From: Octopus sinensis
Taxonomy: Eukaryota
Assembly (NCBI RefSeq): GCF_006345805.1
Contig: NC_043002.1
Span: 46,872,001 to 46,936,000 of the forward strand
Direction: 5' to 3'
Length of the DNA stretch: 64,000 bases
Position numbers and translations under genes: made by a program. How positions within the stretch are numbered: position 1 is the first letter of the stretch; each line of letters starts with the position of its first letter. Of this stretch, positions 1-11,239 are shown in pieces. The notes below the pieces were generated by a model that was not told where the DNA came from, ran no database searches, and saw nothing but the letters and a program-made list of their open reading frames with translations.

Positions 1-60
1 CAAGATAAAGCAAACAGTTCAATAAGTGAAACATTTTCAGTAAGTGGTTGAGTTACTTAC

Positions 61-171
61 TTTGGCAATATAAGTTTCATGTCCATTAAGTGATAGTTTA
101 GCCACACCCTGGTCTTCTTTATGAGTTATATTTCCTAAGTGGATCACAGCTGCAACAATAGAAAACAAGGA
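61..171 (-). CDS. MYO1C: Myosin IC-like coding exon 7 (SLFSIVAAVIHLGNITHKEDQGVAKLSLNGHETYIAK); gene continues left of the window
   Basis: Long polypyrimidine tract plus CAG acceptor, GTAAGT donor, 111 bp. IVAAVIHLGNI myosin motif. Confidence 0.93.
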
Positions 172-337
172 CTGAAAGAGAAAAAAAAGGAAATGGAATA
201 TTTGCAAATGATAATGAATTTCTAAATGGAAAAGATAAAAATGAGATAAATAAAAGGTTGAGCAATATGACATATAACAAAAATAATAGACAATTTGAAA
301 AATAAAGAAAAATTTTTTTAACAATATCCACTATTAA

Positions 338-1115
338 CAAGATGAGTATAGGATTGGCTGGCTGATATTTTCAGACAACATGGTGCTACTTGGCTTGTCC
401 GACAGTGATCTGCAGCATGCACTGAATGGGTTTGTTGCCATGTGCTGTAAGGCAGGGGTGAGAATAAGTGTTGTGAAGACTGAGACAATGGCCATCTCAA
501 GAAAGTCTTCCAGATGCACTCTGCATGTTAATGGCATTTCACTGAGGCAAGTGGTCAAGTTTAAGGCTGTTGAATGTTAGAATTGCAGGTGCTGTCACAG
601 TAATGTGCCAACTTCAGCATTCAATCTTCAGAAAAGGAGAGGATGGTAAAAATGCCGAATTTACTATCTTTAATTTGGTCATGAATGTTAGGCAATGACC
701 GAAAGTATTCAAATATGAACACAAGCAGCTGAAATGGGATTCCTATGAAGAATCTCTGGGGTAATGTTACTCAACAGAGTGTTACGTAGCTTGGAGATCA
801 GGAAGTCTCTCTAGGTTGAGTCGCAACTTGTCCCCCATCAAGAGGTCGTGGCCTCAGTATTATGGACATGTAATTAGAATGTTACAGGCAATGATTACAA
901 AACAAATTCTTCAAGTCAAGCCAACTGGTAGGAGATCTAGGGGTAGATCATGAGTAAGATGGCTGGATAACATCCATAGTCTCAGCTGGTCAAGCTTAGG
1001 AATCCAGTAGGAAAACGTAATAATGGTTGCTTCAGATAGGACTTTATGGAGGAAGAGCTTAAGGACTCCTATATAATGACCCTCTCAGGAACAATGGGCA
1101 GCGAAGATGAGGGGA
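338..1115 (+). mobile_element. Decayed RTE-clade LINE fragment (C-terminal RT region)
   Basis: Translates to IFSDNMVLLGLSDSDLQHALNGF...KTETMAISRK...QVVKFK, then QAAEMGFL, YGHVIRM and PTGRRSRGR...RWLDNI motifs with stops and frameshifts. Confidence 0.75.
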
Positions 1116-2006
1116 CAGTAACAAGATGTGAAAGAAACTGTTTTGTAATCCTTCATCATAAGTTTCACTTTCATATAGATCAATGGTGCTCAATCTATTG
1201 ACTATGTAGAGCACAGAAAGACGAAACAAATATTTACTGGTATACTTCATACAGAAAGTTAATAATTACAGGTACATTTCATCACCATCATCATCACTAC
1301 CTTCTCTTCCTTCTACTTCTGAATATCCACTTTCCCATACTTGCATGGGTCAGATGAAATTTGTTGAGGCAGATTTTCTACAACCTTCACCTGTTTCCAA
1401 ACATGTTAGTATTTCTCTGTGGTTAGACATATTTTCATGGATGACTGGACACAAATAACACTGCCCTTAACATGGTGATACCTATTTACAACTATCATGC
1501 AACATCAAGATCAGGAGGTACAAACATGCACCCAAACACAGACACACACACAAATTACCAGCCCAGGTAATTTGAATCAAACCATGTGGTTGGAAACCAA
1601 ACTTCTATCCCACAGCCATGCCTGCACTTATGAAACAAAAATGAAATATTGAATAACATGGATATTCTAAAGCCTAAAATTATATTTCCAAAAATCTATG
1701 GGTTACCTAGTAGCACACCATTTAGGAACCACAGGTACAGAAAATATTGAGAATAAAATTGCAATCTGATAGAGCTTAGTCTTCTCTAAACTATTATGCA
1801 TCTAAGGTCAGAGATCATAGGAACAAAGTATCAACGAGGTAAATTACTCTGTTAGGAATCTCATCTGCATCACAATCTTAGTTTAATAGGAACTCACCAC
1901 TACATCCATACCAAAACAAAGTCATTAAAAATCCAATTTTAAAAATTCAATTATTACACACAGAATATGCTGATATTGAAACTTAAGTTTAAATATAACA
2001 TCTTAC

Positions 2007-2105
2007 CTCTTCTTCAGAACTGGAGAAATCACAGATTTTCAAGGCTTGACGCATTTCTTCAAAGTTCTTCTTATCGTCAATAGATGCAATCTTAATACTT
2101 TTTCC
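2007..2105 (-). CDS. MYO1C: Myosin IC-like coding exon 6 (GKSIKIASIDDKKNFEEMRQALKICDFSSSEEE)
   Basis: TTTTCAG acceptor, GTAAGA donor, 99 bp, phase 0-0. Aligns by eye to MYO1C [33 protein letters not shown]. Confidence 0.9.
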
Positions 2106-3937
2106 CTGAAAATATATGTTGAATACTTAATGGCACAAACAGATATAACAATTTTTTGTGCAGAAACATGGATAAGTTTTGTAAAAAAGAAGTATTGACA
2201 ATTGAATAACTCAGTATATTACAAGTGCTTAAAACTGCAAGTAATATACTGGAGTTCATTCAGTTGCATCTTCAGAATTTTTAACTTAGAACTTAAACAA
2301 AGACAAGGAAGGTTTCCACACTGTATCATTCAGTCTAGGAGAGGGATACTCTGGTAAAGATTAGATTAAACTCCTGTAAATAAATGTGCAGAGGGAAAAC
2401 ATGACCAGAGGAAGTCAGGGTTGCAATTTAGTCGAGGAAAATATTATAAAAAGTGTTGAAGTGTGAAGGTTTATAAGGCATTACCTGTGTATTTTTTTGC
2501 ATGTAATCCAAAATATGTGGTGGGTACACTGTCCCACAGATTTGATCGGAATACTGTACTGTAGAGCACACATGGTCTTGTACAGAGCTAGCATTTTTCA
2601 AGACACTTCCTAAAAGGGGATAGCCAGAGGAGGAAGGGCAGTACTCACAGCTGTTTTCAGAGCATCTGAGACAAGTGGGAATAAGTTATGTTTAGACTGG
2701 TGACCTATTCAAAAGACTTGCAGCAACTGAACTCTGTTAGAGGTACCCAAGAGCCAAAAGGTGATGCTAATTAGGCTACAGATTAAGTTAACCATCAAGA
2801 GTAAAAACAATCCCACATAAAGGGTTTTACACAATTTCTGTTTACCAAATTTCATAAAGCTTTCATCAACTCAAGGCTATGGCAGAAGGTGTTCTATACT
2901 GGGATCAAATCTCAAACCACATGGTTGCAAAACAAATTTCCTAACCAAAAGTCATGCCTGCAACAAATATTCCTGGAATTGTGGTGCACCTGAGCAATGT
3001 ATGCAATAATTTCATTATTATTAAAAAAATCTTTGTAAAGCAGACTTCCTACTACAAAGTCCAAGCCTTGTTGCTTGCGTGCCTCAGTGAGCCTGAGAGT
3101 TAAGCCAGAGAAGCACAAGCTTCTGATGGGGCTTTCCATGATGGGCAGGTCAAAGAAAATGGGTCAGACTAATAGAGATCACCCCTTCCAAAAGGTAAAC
3201 ATGAGTTTGCATAGGGCCAACACCCCTACAGTAAGTTACAAACATCAAAGACAATTCAATAATCAACAAGCCTTGGGAGAGGGTCTTCTTTCGGGGAAAT
3301 AGAAAGTACAGGTACAGCCCAGAGTTGAGAACAATGAGAAAAGTTGTTGATGGCCTATGCTCTATAGGAATTGAATGGGGTGCTTAAGTGGAACAGACTT
3401 CAGTATATGATATATGTCATCACTATGAAAAGTTTTCAAGGATTATAAGATGAATATTTGAATAACACATGTGGAAATCATCCTTTTAACAACAGACAAG
3501 CACACAAATTTTAAGCTCAAACACTAGCCTTAATAATGCTATTTTTATGTGACTAATTACCTAACTAATGTAAGATAACCCATTTCAGCTTTTTCTAAAT
3601 AGTTTCAAAGTTTTAGCATAACCAAACAAGTAACAATGAGAATTTCACTGACAAATGAATTATAGCAGTGGTTTTCAGGGGGTGAGGACTGAAAAGGGGT
3701 GGACAAATAATCATATTTAATAAAACTAAGATAGTTTTAAGTCTTTGAATTTGTCCAACACCATGGAGAAGAAACTAGAATTAAACAGAGGCCATCTCTA
3801 TTCTACACTTGCGTCAGAAATTAATTAGCACTTCTCAAATTTCTACATTTTCTTACATTTTCTTAACTTGTTATCAGAAACGAACCCGTTTTTAATCAAA
3901 AATTTATTAAAACATATCCCAGCATACCACATAATAG

Positions 3938-4918
3938 TCAATATCTTGTTGCTCCTCCTTTGGCAGCAATGACAGCTGCTACGCGGGCTGGCATGCTGTC
4001 TATGAGCGCCTGCAGGTACTGTGCAGGGATAGCCCTCCATGCAGCAAGAAGTGCCCCATGCACATTCAAATCCCTACCCAATCGACTCCAGAGGTTCTCA
4101 ATAGGGTTCAGGTCAGGTGACTGGCCAAGCCAGGCCAGTCGATGACCGTCACCCTATGGTCCTTGAAGAAACCAGTTGTGAGCTTGGCTGTGTGGGGTGG
4201 CGCGTTGTCCTGCTGGAGCACGTACTCCTCACCACCAAAGAGGTATCCCACAGAGGGTAGGGCAGCATTCCGTACTATCTCAACGTACTTTGCTGCGTTG
4301 ATGTTGCCTTTGACGGCATAGAGCCGCCCAATACCACTGTAGCTGAATGCCCCCCACACCATGCTTCATGGTGGGAGCAATGCAGTCTTTGTTGAAGCGC
4401 TCACCCCTGCGGCGTTGCACATGGACAGGCTTGTCACTGACAAGACTGAATCGCGACTCGTCAGTGAACATCACTGTCCGCCACTGCTGCACGGTCCATG
4501 TCTTGTGGGCACAGGCCCAGAGCAGCCGCCTCTTCCGGTTTTGGGCTGTAAGGAGCGGCTTACGGGCGGCCCTACAGGATTTTAGACCAGCTTCCAGTAA
4601 TCTGGTCTTGACGGTGGTTGTAGACAACTGCTTCCCTGTCACCTTTTGCATCTCCTCCGCCAGTTGCCGGCTCGTTGCCCTTCGGTTGTTCAGCGACTTT
4701 CGGATCAGCATCCGGTCCTCCCGCTGGGTCGTCAGCCTCTTCTGTCCCCTACCCTTTTTGTCAGCTGCTGATCTGGTTTCTTCGTATTTCTTAAATAAGC
4801 ACTGAATTGTGCGCCTGGCTACACCAAGTTTTCTGGCTATTGCAGCCTCCGACAGCTTCCCACGCCACAAGAGAGCCTCGTACCGTCTCTCCAAGGTCAT
4901 GCGAGGTCTTGGGCCCAT
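3938..4918 (-). pseudogene. Tc1 DD34E transposase, two frameshifts
   Basis: HTH N-terminus, GRGQKRLT linker, FTDESRF, QQDNAPPH and PDLNPIE with 34 residues between the second D and E. Frameshifts near 4360 (deletion) and 4125 (5-bp insertion). Stop TGA at 3940-3938. Confidence 0.93.
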
Positions 4919-5076
4919 CTAGGAATGAACGATAAAAACCAGTTATTTTCATTAATACTATTCATTTGAATAATGTTATGCTATAACAAAACTACTATGA
5001 GTTATTATTCATTAAACAAAAAAAAAGAAAGCAGAATTTCTCACTTTATTTGATGTATAACAGAAAGTTTTGTGAA

Positions 5077-5092
5077 CCGGAAGTGACGTCAC
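5077..5092 (+). promoter_or_regulatory. Overlapping ETS-CRE composite motif CCGGAAGTGACGTCAC in the Tc1 5' region
   Basis: Exact match to ETS (CCGGAAGT) overlapping a full CRE (TGACGTCA), about 160 bp upstream of the transposase ATG. Function not shown. Confidence 0.5.
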
Positions 5093-5815
5093 GAAGCAGA
5101 GTGTAGGAGAATTTGTGAGGAAAAAAAATCTTGCAAATACACAAATCAATTAACCTACAAGCTGTTCAAAACGTCTTACGCGATGAGAAAACTTAGTACG
5201 GTGTGATTTCGGTCCTTGCGAGGCGCTACCTATATCTATTAAACAAAGGAAGATTTGTCTGCATCCGCACTCCAAGTTGTTGTTGCACTGCTATGTCAAC
5301 ATCATTAGGCTGTAGACTCTCAAACTGCTCTGCAAACAAAGTTACGTCATCGTTCTGTGCAACAGTGAACTCGCAACAAAGCAATAGTTCGAGATATGGC
5401 CACTAGGTGACAGCACATACCTTGAGTGAAGAGCAAATCAAGGGTGCTAATTAATTTCTGACGGTAGTGTATGTAACTATAGCCATTAACACAAGGGAGA
5501 TAACTACAAGATACCTCAACACGAGGCAGAATTTGAAATTAAATCATTTGAAGATACATAGCATTCATTTTTTGAAGTTCCCACAGTATCTATTTGGTGG
5601 GAAACATGTATAGTACTATTTCATTCGTTTCAGAAATTTTTGCTTTCTCATTAATAAAGAGGGGGCAAAAGTGTTTAGTTATTACTATTTGGAGGTAGGA
5701 GGCTGGGATTTTTCACTTTATAAACTACTGAATAATATAACAAACACAACAGAGTTTTAAACAAAAGAAATAGATTTATTATAAATAAATTTATAGTATT
5801 TTAAATGCATATTAC

Positions 5816-5995
5816 CTGACATAAATAGTGGTACTTATTGGGATCATCATCGAGATTCACTTTCTCAAGTAATTCCTGATCTTTGCTGCATAAAAGTTGG
5901 TAAAACACATGAAAATTACGTTCTCCAGGAGCATGGTGAATAACTCGAGATTTTTCCAGAAGATAGTTGAGTATATGTCCACCCACAGGAGCTCC
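5816..5995 (-). CDS. MYO1C: Myosin IC-like coding exon 5 ([35 protein letters not shown]...YHYLCQ)
   Basis: TAAAG acceptor, GTAATA donor, 180 bp, phase 0-0. YLLEKSRV and [12 protein letters not shown] myosin motifs. Confidence 0.97.
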
Positions 5996-6265
5996 CTTTA
6001 ATAGAATTTTAAAAATATGGTCAGTTTATTTTCCAAGGTCTACTTTATAAAAAAGACTCTTACAGTGACAAGGAGAGATATCGAAACACAGAATCAGACA
6101 AAGTAAAAAGAGAAATGGGAAGAAGAAAATAAAAAAGAAGATAGAAAGGGAATAAATTGTAAAAGTGACAGAGAAAATGTTTTGAGAAAAGAAAGAAGAG
6201 AGAAAGAGACAGGAACATAGAGAGAGTGATCTGATATTTACTTAGACCTGAAACCTCATAATAAT

Positions 6266-6590
6266 CATTGCGTTACCCGTGGGAATTCCATGGCTTTGAA
6301 AAACTTGATGATTGCTGGAAGTTTAGAGAGCTATGAAATACACAATTTCTTTTGTAATTGCATTTTCCCTCAAGTGCTGATTCTTAAGACAGAATAAAGT
6401 CTGCATAGGTAGTATTGAAAGTGCAGTCTTAGGATAGAACATCTTCGAAAACTATATTCTTTGCCATACACTTGTCGTCTTTTCCACCTTGAACGTTATC
6501 TGTTATTCTTATCTTAATGCCAACTGTAAACATGTTCAAGAAAGAATTACATACAACTGTCCATAACAAAAGACTGGTTCACTTCTCTTC
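6266..6590 (-). mobile_element. Helitron 3' remnant (Pif1 helicase C-terminus plus terminal hairpin)
   Basis: Minus strand reads EPVFCYGQLYVILS* then VGIKIRITDNVQGGKDDKCMAKNIVFEDVLS* (Helitron FSHGQLYVALSR...KNIVY.EVL). Hairpin CCATGG-AATTC-CCACGG near 6292-6276. Terminal CTRR is degenerate. Confidence 0.7.
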
Positions 6591-7000
6591 ACATTTCTGT
6601 GGTGATTACATTATTATAATTATAGAAAATGAGTTGAAAAAATAATCAGCATCATCATCATTCTAATGTCCACTTTTCCATGCTGACATGGGTTGGATAG
6701 AAGTTATTGGGGTGGATTTTCTACAACTAAATGTTCTTCCCGTTGCCAACCTTCACCTGTTTCCAAGTAAGGTAATATTCCCCATGACCAGGCATGTTTT
6801 TGTGGAAGATTGTAATTCAATGACACTGCTTCTTACATGACAGTGACATTCATTTACAATGACAAGGCAAAGCCAAGGCAAGAAGACACACATGCACATA
6901 TGGTTGGCTTCTTTCAGTTTCTGTGAAACAGATCCACACATAACAGCTAACAATGTTAGCTGTTAGTTGTGTTTACAACTTTAAAATGTGTACCACTTAC

Positions 7001-7081
7001 CTTATAATCAAATTGTATATCCATAAATTTTCCAAATCTGCTAGAATTATCATTTCGCGTAGTTTTAGCATTTCCAAAAGC
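7001..7081 (-). CDS. MYO1C: Myosin IC-like coding exon 4 ([27 protein letters not shown]), switch I
   Basis: TTTTATAG acceptor, GTAAGT donor, 81 bp, phase 0-0. NDNSSRFGK motif. Confidence 0.97.
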
Positions 7082-7566
7082 CTATAAAAGAAAATAAGAT
7101 TTTTTTTTTTCAAAAATGTTTTAAATTCAAATTATGCTTAAATTAAATTTTTTTCTACAACTATATGCAAACAAAAAGTTCCATATTTAAATGTAAGCAC
7201 TCTCATTCACAGATATCCTTCTCTTTATCTTTAACTTGTATCAGTCACTGGATTGTGGCCATATTGGGGTACCATCTTGAAGGATTTAGTCAAACAAATT
7301 GACCCAAGTATTTATTATTTTTAAGTCTGGTAATTATTTCATCAGTTTTCTGCCAAACTGCTAAGTTATGTGCATGTAAACAAACCAACACCAGCTGTCA
7401 AGTAGTAGAGGGGACAAACACAAACTTACAAACACAGATATATATATGCAACAAGCTTCCATACAGTTTCCACCTAGTAAATTCACTCACAAAAGCACTG
7501 GTTGGCCCAGGGCTACAGTAGAAGACAATTGTCCAAGGTGTTACACATTGGAACTGAACTCAAAAC

Positions 7567-8151
7567 TAGGGCTGGATTAAGACCCACAGAGGCCCTAAGC
7601 ACTCAAAAGGTTTTAGTGCCCCCACACATATGTAATCCAAAATATAAATAATAATAAACCATAAAATATATTTTTATTCTTCAAAATGAAACGAAACTAA
7701 CAGTAAGATGGAAAAGAATGTTTATTTTTGTATACTTCCACTTTATTTATATTTGAAAAGTTTTCTCCAACTTTCTTTAAAGTTTTCTCCAACTTTCTTT
7801 AATTGCAATGTTTTTGAGCAGATCTTCAAAATTAATCTTATGTAATGCATCTGCTTCTCTTCTTAGTAAAAATAAAGCATCCATCCTTCTTTGTAGCACA
7901 GTTGTTTTGATGAGATTGTTAATATACTTTAACTGAGAAAATGAATGCTTAGCTGAGCAATTTGTGACCATTAATGTTAAAAATATATGAAAAGTAATGT
8001 CTACATTTGGAAAGGCACACTCGATATTTATTTTAGCAAGTCTAAAATGATTTCTAATGTGCCGTAAACTATTTACAATTACTGTGGTGCCCACCCTTCC
8101 GTCAATGCCCTAAGCATGTGCTTATTTTGCTTAAGGGTTAATCCAGTGCTG
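7567..8151 (-). mobile_element. Internally deleted hAT transposon (585 bp) retaining the C-terminal dimerisation domain
   Basis: Perfect 8-bp TSD CTCAAAAC (7559-7566, 8152-8159). 14-bp TIRs 11/14 identical. ORF FPNVDITFHIFLTLMVTNCSAKHSFSQLK resembles Dimer_Tnp_hAT. Interrupts a SINE. Confidence 0.9.
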
Positions 8152-8653
8152 CTCAAAACCATATGGTTGCAAACTGAGCTTTTGGACAGCCTTCTTCTAA
8201 TTTTTGTTTTCTCACGTGTTTGGGAAGAATCAATATATAATAATCACACCCACTAGCCACCAATCAGGAAACTCCAATTTCTTACAATTAGTTAGCAGAA
8301 CTAGGAAAAAGAATAGATTAAAAAAATGCACTGTTCTCTTACAGAAGCTTCCTATATCATAAAGTCCAGTTAGTTATTATCCAACCCTGTTTGGATCATA
8401 CCGTCACTATCAATGGAAATTTTTTTTAGAATGAGAGTGACATTAATGCTATAAAATAAAGTGTAAAAATAACAGCAAAAAGCGAATAAAAATAAGAATC
8501 ATGCTCCAGCTTTTCAATACATCTATAGAGGTTTACTTTCCAAAAACTAAGTCTACAAAAATGAAAGTGAAAAAAATTATCATTAGCTTTTATTTTTCCT
8601 TTGTTTCAGTCATTGGACTGTGGCCATGCTCGGGCACTGCCTTGCAGAGTTAA

Positions 8654-8873
8654 CTCATTAGCATTTAAACTGGCCATATCAGGCCGAAATATTCCACCTG
8701 TTCTATGTTCAACTCAGTCAGATTCAGTCCCTCACACCTGCTCTATAATGTCTTTCTGGAAGTATACAATGAGGTCATTGAAATCTCAAAGCTATGAAAT
8801 AATGCATGATTAGCTCAAAATATTGTGAATAAATAAGCATTGTATCTGACAGTCTAATCTGAATTCTAATGGG
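8654..8873. mobile_element. TTAA-flanked piggyBac-like MITE, family 1 (220 bp)
   Basis: TTAA at both ends. Termini CTCATTAGCATT / AATTCTAATGGG. Related copies at 16190-16389 and 55668-55880. Confidence 0.75.
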
Positions 8874-9012
8874 TTAAATCAAACAAATTGACCCAGTATT
8901 TATTTTGTAAGTATGGTACTTATTCTATCAGTCTATTTTGTTTATCTGCAGAGTAACCTGGCTGTAAACAAATCAACACCACTTTGTTAAGTGGTGATGG
9001 GAAAGACACACA

Positions 9013-9850
9013 GCATCATCATTATCATTTAATGTCTGTTTTCCATGCTGACATGGGTTGAATGGTTCAACAAGATTTAATAAGCCTCAGAACTCTTTTG
9101 AGCTCTAGTGTCAGTTCTGGCATAGTTTCTATGGCTAGATGCCCTTCCAAACACCAAAGACTATACAGAGCATACGGGGTACTTTTTTTTTACATGCTAC
9201 TGGCACTAGTGTAGTCACCAAGTAATATTTAAGACAAGAAAGGAGCAGGGAATAAGAAAATAGGAAAAACTCCTCAACCAAGTGTGTATGTGGGCGGGGA
9301 GTATTTGAGAGGAGTATGGTGGTTTTATATCAGGTGTTGAGAAACTAAAGTATGATAGGTGGAAAAGCAAGGTGTAGAAGCAGTGGAGGAGGGAAATGTA
9401 GAGGTACATAAAGAGGGAGCTATAGTAGGGGTGTAATGTCAGATATGAGAGTGTATTGAGAGTGATAGCATATAGGAGCGGTATTAAGGTAGAATATGGC
9501 ACGAGAAAGTGTGATAGCTGAAGGCACAGAAAGGTGATCAGTAGTAAATGGTATGGAAAGGGATGATAATGTAAATGAATGATGGAAGTAGTTCATGGGG
9601 GAGGAAATAACTGGAAGTGCAAAGTAAGAAGCTATGTAATATGTGTAAATTCTGCAGCTGAGTATTGCCATTGATAGAAGAATTATGGGTGTTAGGAGCT
9701 GGAATTAGGGGAAGGCTTGATGAGGCAAAAAGAGAGGAGAGATAGGGCTCCACATATAAAAGCATAACCAAGGTAGTTTTAGAACATCATTTTTGCTGTG
9801 ATGGATGGGTCTTCTCAAGCACAGTGAATCACCACTCCTCACGGTCGTTT
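9013..9850 (-). mobile_element. RTE LINE 3' end with long polypyrimidine 3'UTR
   Basis: (GAT)n tail and CCATG-N4-CATGG hairpin at 9013-9060. About 500-bp strand-biased UTR. End-of-ORF signature GCTGTGCTTGAGAAGA-like at about 9810-9825. Confidence 0.65.
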
Positions 9851-10265
9851 GTCATCTTCTCATCAACTCACAAGGCATTGGTCAGCTTAAGGCAACAGTA
9901 GAAAATACTTACCTGTGATGCTACATAGTGGGATTGAACTTGAAACAATGTGGTTGGGAAGCAAACTTCTTAACCACACAGCCAATCACTTCTACCTCAC
10001 ATCTAATCATGTAATACTCTCTCCTCATACTCTTATGAAACTACCTTCTCACCCCACATCCTAATCTACTGTCTGTATCCTCTTTCATACTCACCTTCTG
10101 TATCTTGAGATACTCTGGCATCTCATAACTACCATCTTTAGCTCTTTTTCTAGCTACCTCCATCCACCCTTATACTATACTGACTTGCCATATATTTCAT
10201 TTGTAGTAAGACACCTGTGCTTTCCCTTAATCATACTTTAGTCTCTCAACACCTGACTGTATGTA

Positions 10266-10328
<63 letters not shown>

Positions 10329-10359
10329 GTGTGTGTGCGTATGTATGTATGTATGTATG

Positions 10360-10404
<45 letters not shown>

Positions 10405-10434
10405 TATATAAATATATATATAAAACACACTTAC

Positions 10435-10633
10435 CTCTAAAACTGGGTTGGATTTTAAAAGCCTATCTTTGACCCTTTCAACTTCACTGGAATGAACATT
10501 GCATGCTGCTATGTATTGAAGCAACTTTTTGGATGCTTCTGTTTTGCCAGCTCCAGATTCCCCGGAGATAAGTACACATTGGTCCCGATTTTCTCCTCGC
10601 ATTGATCGATAAGCAGCATCAGCAATGGCAAAG
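10435..10633 (-). CDS. MYO1C: Myosin IC-like coding exon 3 ([36 protein letters not shown]...KSNPVLE), P-loop
   Basis: TTTATAG acceptor, GTAAGT donor, 199 bp. [10 protein letters not shown]-loop. The split codon GT+C gives Val. Confidence 0.97.
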
Positions 10634-10841
10634 CTATAAATAAAATGATAGAAAATTCAACTCATTTTGGTAATGAATCTAAAAATAATATATAATATAA
10701 TGTATATTTTACATGGATATATATACAGTAATACTATAATAATGTACATAATACATATAATATATAAAAATATATATAATATAAATAATAATTAAATATA
10801 TAATATATAGAAATATATAGTAATATATATTGAGAAATTGA

Positions 10842-11164
10842 GACCCCTTTCAGTCATGACTGACAGTGGGAGTGCACCTAGAAAGTTACCCTCTGAGGTA
10901 CAAGTCTGGGCAAGGTTGTTTATAGAAGACCAGCAGTTGCCCATGCATACCGGCCTCCCCTCTCCATGCCACTGATGTTATCGAAGGGAAAGACAACAGC
11001 AGATACGGCTTGGCACCTGTGACATTGCAACTCGTTTCTACAGCTGAGTGAACTGGAGCAACGTGAAATAAAGTGTCTTGCTCAAGAACACAACACACAG
11101 CCTGGTCTGGGATTCGAACTCACAACCTCATGATCGTAAGCTCGATGCTCTAACCACTGAGCCA
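10842..11164 (-). mobile_element. tRNA-derived SINE with CORE-like central domain (family E)
   Basis: A box TGGCTCAGTGG and B box GAGTTCGAATCC, then TTCTTGAGCAAGACACTT...CAGCTGTAGAAA resembling the MIR CORE domain. Partial relatives at 16000-16140 and 33606-33878. Confidence 0.75.
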
Positions 11165-11239
11165 TATATATATTTTTTGAATAGGTGCTTAAAGGATGCT
11201 TAAAATATCTCATGGAATAGGATATGGTCTAGTCATCTA

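Larger units (their letters stand above)
3806..5469 (-). mobile_element. Full-length Tc1-family DNA transposon (1664 bp)
   Basis: 26-bp TIRs CACTTGCGTCAGAAATTAATTAGCAC (3806-3831) and the reverse complement of 5444-5469, 24/26 identical. TA duplications at 3804-3805 and 5470-5471. Encodes a transposase. Confidence 0.96.

Noticed and set aside
11100-11164. tRNA gene (A/B boxes, cloverleaf-like)
   Set aside because: No proper acceptor stem, and it continues into a CORE-like SINE body. All tRNA-like heads in the window belong to SINEs.
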